Positions 33,605-38,405 of a stretch of 38,405 nucleotides of DNA are shown one piece after another. The stretch is taken from the IMG/VR virus record IMGVR_UViG_3300027835_000012, positions 1 to 38,405 of that record; one strand, 5' to 3'. The position numbers and the translations under genes are program-made. Origin of the DNA: a virus. Its lineage: Duplodnaviria > Caudoviricetes. A model generated the notes under the pieces. It worked only from the letters and a program-made list of their open reading frames with translations. It did no database searches and was not told the DNA's origin. Each line of letters begins with the position of its first letter. Position 1 is the first letter of the stretch.

Positions 33605-35551
33605 TTAGTTGAATACGATAAAGTTGATTCTTGTCTCAGCCGTCGCCGCCGCTGTGATCGTAATTGTTATGGTTCCTGCTCCGGCCACTGCGTTTTTCAA
33701 TGTGGCTGTGGCATCGTTGGTAGCTACTGTGGCAAAAACAACGCTATTTACCGTGACCAATGTGTTGTTTACGACGATGCTCGTTCCTCCGGCGATAATG
33801 TTCACCGATCCCATAGTTTTATTGATCGTCTGGTTTCCAGTAGTTCCAGCAGCAGTTATAGTTTTTGTGGCTTGAATGTCGCCTCCAAATGTCGTCGCAC
33901 CACCATTGCCTTGAACCGTTAATGTTCCTGAGGAAGTTTGGATGGTTTGCGCTCCGTTGAAAGTGAGTCCACCATATACCTGAAGAATTCCTGATCCTAA
34001 ATCAGTCGCACTGTTGCCAATAATCATTCGACCGTTCCCAGATAGCGCAGTCCAATAATTTAGTCCCGTAGAAGGACTTCGCAAATTGAAAGCATCCGCA
34101 ACTATTCCCAAGGAACCCAAACGCCAAGTAATCGCCCCATTTGCCGTTTCTTCAAAACGCACTTCCGGGATAAAATTCACACTCGATCCATGCAGCGTAA
34201 GACCGCTGGACGGGGTTTGAGTGCCAACGCCAAGCGTGTTGGCGATAAGGGTAGCTTCCAGTGAAAAACCTCCACCAGTAATGGAAGAATCAAATACTTG
34301 CTGGAAGTTTCGACCAGTGAGACCGGACGCACCAAGACAATTAAAAAACACACATTCATTGGCATTGACTCCCATCGTCTGCGTGTTCTGAGTTGAACTA
34401 AAAAAACAATGCTCGAACCGGCTTTGGAGGAGTGATATAGCATTTAGACAGCCTCTATTTACGGAAGCACTGAACAAACAATTATCCATTGTAAGACGAG
34501 TAGGACGAGTGATCGCTGAATCCTGCGCATCTATTAAGATCTGGTAACTGTTCGTGGCGTTGAGTGTGTTGGCTCCGTTTTCCTCGAACCAGCATGTTTG
34601 AAATCTAAAGGAATCACAACCAGTTAACTCGATGGACGGCTTCCATATATAAACTCCGTTATCTCCATTTGATTGAAAAATAGTGTCTCTAATGGTGACG
34701 TTGCGACCACTCCTGAACACAGCGCCTTTGCCGGTGTTGGAACTGAAAGTGCATGAATTCATGCTAAACTTTGTCGAGACGGGTGAAGCCCCGTTTGTGA
34801 CCACTATTCCAATCGCGTTGCGCGTCGAAGAGACTCGTTCAAAAATCGCGCTATTAAGAGACTTGGAAAGAATTCCTTGACCAGTGCAATTCGCAACGGC
34901 CACATCCGACAGCACAAAAGTTCCATTGGCCGATATGCCGGTAGTCGCGAGATTATTTCCGTCCACAACGAGGTCGTAAACTTTAGCGCCTACCAGGTTC
35001 CCGGAGGAAGGGATTGTTAACAGCACCCCCGCCGATCTGGCTACAAGGACAGACCTGTTGGAACTAATTAAAGAGTCCTGATGGTACTGGCTGGTTACTC
35101 CATGCAAAACAACGTTGGTCTCCGGCATCGTAATGGGATTGATAGAGAATCGACCCGGAGGAACAAAAACAGTTCCATTGGTAGCAAAAGCCATGGCGAT
35201 GGCGTTGGTAAATGCTGGCGTATCGTCATTTATACCGTCTCCTATTGCTCCAAACCACATCACATTCAGTTCACCGCTGTACTGCCTAACCCAGAATCCA
35301 GAGATTCCTGTGGAAGAAAAAACAGTTCCTAGATTTGTGCCAACTGTCGTGGAAGGAGTAAAAAAGAATACTCCTCCTCCTCCATCATTAGTATTGGATC
35401 GACCTGTAACAATTGCAGTTAGCCTGTTATTGACATTTGGAATTGGAGTTGAGATCAAATCATTGATCGTCTTGACTTGAAATGTAGGAGTTGTTCCTTG
35501 ACCAAAGCAAGTGATTGAAAGAAGTAAAAGACAGAGAAACGCTCGGATCAT
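33605..35551 (-). CDS. Pectate-lyase-like beta-helix tailspike/depolymerase with an N-terminal signal peptide
   Basis: NVMWFGAIGDGINDDTPAF..AI...GTVFVPPGRF and parallel beta-helix repeats. Start MIRAFLCLLLLSITCFG-Q overlaps the upstream stop codon. Confidence 0.8.
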   Translation of the reverse strand: MIRAFLCLLLLSITCFGQGTTPTFQVKTINDLISTPIPNVNNRLTAIVTGRSNTNDGGGGVFFFTPSTTVGTNLGTVFSSTGISGFWVRQYSGELNVMWFGAIGDGINDDTPAFTNAIAMAFATNGTVFVPPGRFSINPITMPETNVVLHGVTSQYHQDSLISSNRSVLVARSAGVLLTIPSSGNLVGAKVYDLVVDGNNLATTGISANGTFVLSDVAVANCTGQGILSKSLNSAIFERVSSTRNAIGIVVTNGASPVSTKFSMNSCTFSSNTGKGAVFRSGRNVTIRDTIFQSNGDNGVYIWKPSIELTGCDSFRFQTCWFEENGANTLNATNSYQILIDAQDSAITRPTRLTMDNCLFSASVNRGCLNAISLLQSRFEHCFFSSTQNTQTMGVNANECVFFNCLGASGLTGRNFQQVFDSSITGGGFSLEATLIANTLGVGTQTPSSGLTLHGSSVNFIPEVRFEETANGAITWRLGSLGIVADAFNLRSPSTGLNYWTALSGNGRMIIGNSATDLGSGILQVYGGLTFNGAQTIQTSSGTLTVQGNGGATTFGGDIQATKTITAAGTTGNQTINKTMGSVNIIAGGTSIVVNNTLVTVNSVVFATVATNDATATLKNAVAGAGTITITITAAATAETRINFIVFN

Positions 35552-35946
35552 ACCCAGTTGTTGTTGGTGCCAGAGACGGTGGAAGTGTACTTCGCTCCCG
35601 TAGCTGTATCGGTGTAGAGTTGGCCGCAAACTACACTGGCCACAACTCCATTGGGGTTGCCTACACCGCAGAGAAATCCGGCCACACCACCGCCACCGGC
35701 AATCAAAACTGAGATGTCACAGAGAAGCTGAATTTTTGCGACTTTGAGGAGACCGCTGTCAATGGCATTGGCGCAAGCGGCATCATTTAGAAGGGATTGA
35801 ATATTGCAAGTCACAGGCGTTCCTAGGGTTAGGAAGTTTTTAATTCCGCATAGGATTTGAAATTCAACGAGTTCAACAATCCAATCCGGCGCCCCACCCA
35901 AGCAGGGGTTTTTGCTAAGAAGTGTCTGAATGTCGCAACTGGCCAT
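35548..35946 (-). CDS. Cys-repeat structural protein
   Basis: Two C(D/N)IQ.LL....C repeats; C-terminal GNPNGVV...GQLY.D..T...Y. Confidence 0.65.
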   Translation of the reverse strand: MASCDIQTLLSKNPCLGGAPDWIVELVEFQILCGIKNFLTLGTPVTCNIQSLLNDAACANAIDSGLLKVAKIQLLCDISVLIAGGGGVAGFLCGVGNPNGVVASVVCGQLYTDTATGAKYTSTVSGTNNNWV

Positions 35947-35957
35947 TCACTTTAACT

Positions 35958-37316
35958 TTAATATTGAAATACTGTGGCGCGAACGGACCTAACCGCGGGA
36001 GTGATACCTCCCACAGTAACGTTGGCACAGCGTACAGTGACGACGTTGGTAGCTGTGACGAAGCCGGAAAGAACTAAACCGGATGGAAAAGCCACTCCCG
36101 CGCCATCGGTGCCAACCATGACAACGCTATTAGTGCCAGCGCCAGTAACAGCAATTGTCTGATCTGCCGTTGTGTTGGCTGCGATAAGACCGAATGTGAG
36201 CGAAGCTGCTGCGCTGTAGCTAGCGAGCACCTTAGTCCCGGTCGCTCCAACGATAGCGCCGCCATCGGCTGCAACTACGCCAGCGCCAGGGTCGCTGGTC
36301 CCGCCCATGTGAAGCCCGCCCAGGATTGTCACGCGCCCACGCTCACCGAAAGCTGTGCCGTTGTGAGTCCAAAGAGCAATGGTTGACAATGTGCTTGTTG
36401 GAATGATCAGACCAATGGTGCCAGAACTATCATATCCAAACCCTATACCGTTACTACCAGCTACATTATTAAAACGACCAACCAGATTCCCAGTTCCGCC
36501 AAGGGATGTGCCGGTGGCCCAAACATCAAATGGATCTGGGGCGATTGCAGTGCCAACGCCCACATTACCCACGTTATCAATTCTCATTCTTTCAACAAGG
36601 GCATCAGCCCCCCTCGTCCTCAAAGTAATGTATCCGTCTGTTGTTCCAGTTGTGGTCCAGGCCCCACCAATAACTCCTGAACGTTTTTGTGATATGGCGT
36701 CGGCGAAATTTATTGAACTTCCACTGTTTGCGTTCGTTGAATTATTTGACACATATAGGTTGTCTGATAATCCAACTGAATCTTTTCTGACATCTTCGGT
36801 GCTGATCGGACTCGTCGTCCCGATGCCGACGTTGCCTCCGGTGGCGTTCAAGATCGTATTATTAGCACCCGCCGATGAATTGATGTAAAGCGGTTTGCTC
36901 GCCCATGTTTGCAGATAAACCGCTGTGTTATCAGAACCTATGGCAAACTCATTGGTCTGATTACCTCGAAGAAAGTTCCAGGCATAAGTTGTTAGATCGG
37001 CCTTCACCGCAGCGGTGTTTTGATTCGCAATAGCCGTTGGAATTTTCAACCATCTTCCCACTCCGGCCACGGGAGCGAACACGCTGTAGATATTGGTCGC
37101 CAACACAGAAGCGCCATCATAATAGAATTTTCCTCCCAGCCCATCTCCAGTCGTCGAATAACCAGTGACGTAAGCTATCAATGAAACACTTATGGGAGGA
37201 ATGGTGTAACTTTCCAAATCCTGGATGGTATTGAACTTTATGATCGGCGAGCTTCCCTGACCGAAGGCACGGGCGGTAAACAACGCCAGACCGAGCGATA
37301 GAAGTAATTTTCTCAT
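35958..37316 (-). CDS. Tail fibre-like protein with an N-terminal signal peptide
   Basis: MRKLLLSLGLALFTARAFG-Q; GNVGIGTTSP and ERMRIDNVGNVGVGT fibre repeats. Confidence 0.75.
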   Translation of the reverse strand: MRKLLLSLGLALFTARAFGQGSSPIIKFNTIQDLESYTIPPISVSLIAYVTGYSTTGDGLGGKFYYDGASVLATNIYSVFAPVAGVGRWLKIPTAIANQNTAAVKADLTTYAWNFLRGNQTNEFAIGSDNTAVYLQTWASKPLYINSSAGANNTILNATGGNVGIGTTSPISTEDVRKDSVGLSDNLYVSNNSTNANSGSSINFADAISQKRSGVIGGAWTTTGTTDGYITLRTRGADALVERMRIDNVGNVGVGTAIAPDPFDVWATGTSLGGTGNLVGRFNNVAGSNGIGFGYDSSGTIGLIIPTSTLSTIALWTHNGTAFGERGRVTILGGLHMGGTSDPGAGVVAADGGAIVGATGTKVLASYSAAASLTFGLIAANTTADQTIAVTGAGTNSVVMVGTDGAGVAFPSGLVLSGFVTATNVVTVRCANVTVGGITPAVRSVRATVFQY

Positions 37317-37330
37317 GCTTGCCCTGTGGT

Positions 37331-37726
37331 TCATGCTTGCCATCCTGTCTTGGTTCCCACCGTTCCAAGGAATTTGTACAATTGCGCGGTGAGTAAATCC
37401 ACATAGAGTTGGCCTTGTTTGTACCCGGTCACAACTCCATTGGGATTTCCATTTCCGCTCAGCGTGACAGCGCCCGCTAAACTAACCAGAAGCGCACAAA
37501 GGATGTTAACCTCCAACGCCCCTAATGCACTGGTTCCAGTGGCCGCCAGGCACGCTATCTGAGTGCCAAGCGCGGCGAGATCGCAACTGAACGTCGGAAC
37601 TACACCAGAGAGATAATCGCTGAACTGGCAGAGAAGTTTTACCTTCTCTGCTTTGATCACAGCATTTCCGCGTCCTTCAAGACAAAAATCTCTGGAATTG
37701 ATGATATCCGCACAATTGACAGCCAT
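37331..37726 (-). CDS. Cys-repeat structural protein, paralog of 35548-35946
   Basis: Same Cys spacing and GNPNGVV...GQLYVD..T..LY...GT..GW tail. Confidence 0.65.
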   Translation of the reverse strand: MAVNCADIINSRDFCLEGRGNAVIKAEKVKLLCQFSDYLSGVVPTFSCDLAALGTQIACLAATGTSALGALEVNILCALLVSLAGAVTLSGNGNPNGVVTGYKQGQLYVDLLTAQLYKFLGTVGTKTGWQA

Positions 37727-37750
37727 AAAAGTGGTCCTTTCCCTTTACGG

Positions 37751-38404
37751 TTACACTGCGAGCCAGGGTAATATAGGCCTGCAAGTCGCATTCATAAGAA
37801 TCAGATACGTACCGTTCTGCGACCAGGTTCCAAGAGCGCCTAACGCCACATCCGCTTGCAACGCAATAACCAAAGCCGCAAGAGTTAATGAATCAATCGC
37901 GCCATTGGTCTGCGGTTCATCATTGCACGTAGTTGAATTCGCCGCCAGCTTGTAATGCAAGTTAGCCGCCACTTCAGGAATCCATTCGTAAGTGCCCACA
38001 CACGGATAACATTCGCTTGTATAACGCTGCGCTGGGTAACCAGGATCAACCGCGCACGGAGCGACCACATAAATGACCTTCGGTTCGCGCATGTGGAAGA
38101 TCGCGGTCAACCATTCGGTATGAAGAGGGTGACCGGCCAATCGCCAGTCCGCGTAGTAAAATCCCTTGTTTTGACGGTAATTGGCTATGGCTTTGCCCGT
38201 GCAATCCTGACCCAGATCATGGATGGCGAATCGCCATTGACCATTGAGACCGCGCACCAGGAATGGCATCGTCGCGTTGACGGCTTCCATCTGCTGAACC
38301 TTGAGCATCCAGGCAAATCGATGCCAGATGAACGAAATCTGGTACTGGGCGTTGTGAAAGTCAGCATTATCATCCGAGCCAATGCCAACGGTTGTTGGAT
38401 CATT
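37751..38404 (-). CDS. Major capsid protein, C-terminal part (5'-truncated)
   Basis: Frame is open to the window edge (NDPTTVGIGSDDNADFHNAQYQISFIWH...). 'GQWRF...N..QNKGFY.AD' motifs, and it heads the structural block. Confidence 0.65.
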   Translation of the reverse strand, partial: NDPTTVGIGSDDNADFHNAQYQISFIWHRFAWMLKVQQMEAVNATMPFLVRGLNGQWRFAIHDLGQDCTGKAIANYRQNKGFYYADWRLAGHPLHTEWLTAIFHMREPKVIYVVAPCAVDPGYPAQRYTSECYPCVGTYEWIPEVAANLHYKLAANSTTCNDEPQTNGAIDSLTLAALVIALQADVALGALGTWSQNGTYLILMNATCRPILPWLAV

Positions 38405-38405
38405 T

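Noticed and set aside
1-38405. Stop-codon reassignment, diversity-generating retroelement, integrase or transposase
   Set aside because: Long genes are intact in the standard code. No reverse transcriptase, template/variable repeat pair, recombinase or transposase motifs were seen.

Overview
This window is a 38.4-kb piece of a dsDNA tailed phage (podovirus-like architecture, about 50% GC, standard genetic code, no recognisable host housekeeping genes). From left to right it holds: small + strand nuclease and Zn-finger genes and an initiator-like tRNA-Met(CAT); a - strand block of internal-virion and tail genes (2594-16508); a + strand block with the terminase large subunit, small Cys-rich genes, a 5.6-kb glycosyltransferase/methyltransferase cassette, portal, GroES and scaffold; and a - strand block with the 3' end of the major capsid gene, signal-peptide-bearing fibre/spike proteins, a lipoprotein, many tiny membrane proteins and a papain-like protease. 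The standout is a + strand cassette inserted antisense into the tail block (11581-13295). It contains a structured leader, a stand-alone RAMP/Cas7-like gene, an accessory gene and a 420-nt non-coding array of GG-N-NN pentamers divided into 5n+4-nt units by GGCA. This is a candidate phage-encoded RNA-guided system without CRISPR repeats (VIPR-like). A second novelty is one pseudoknot/attenuator-like leader architecture recurring behind four TTGAC promoters. All calls come from reading motifs by eye; no database searches were run.
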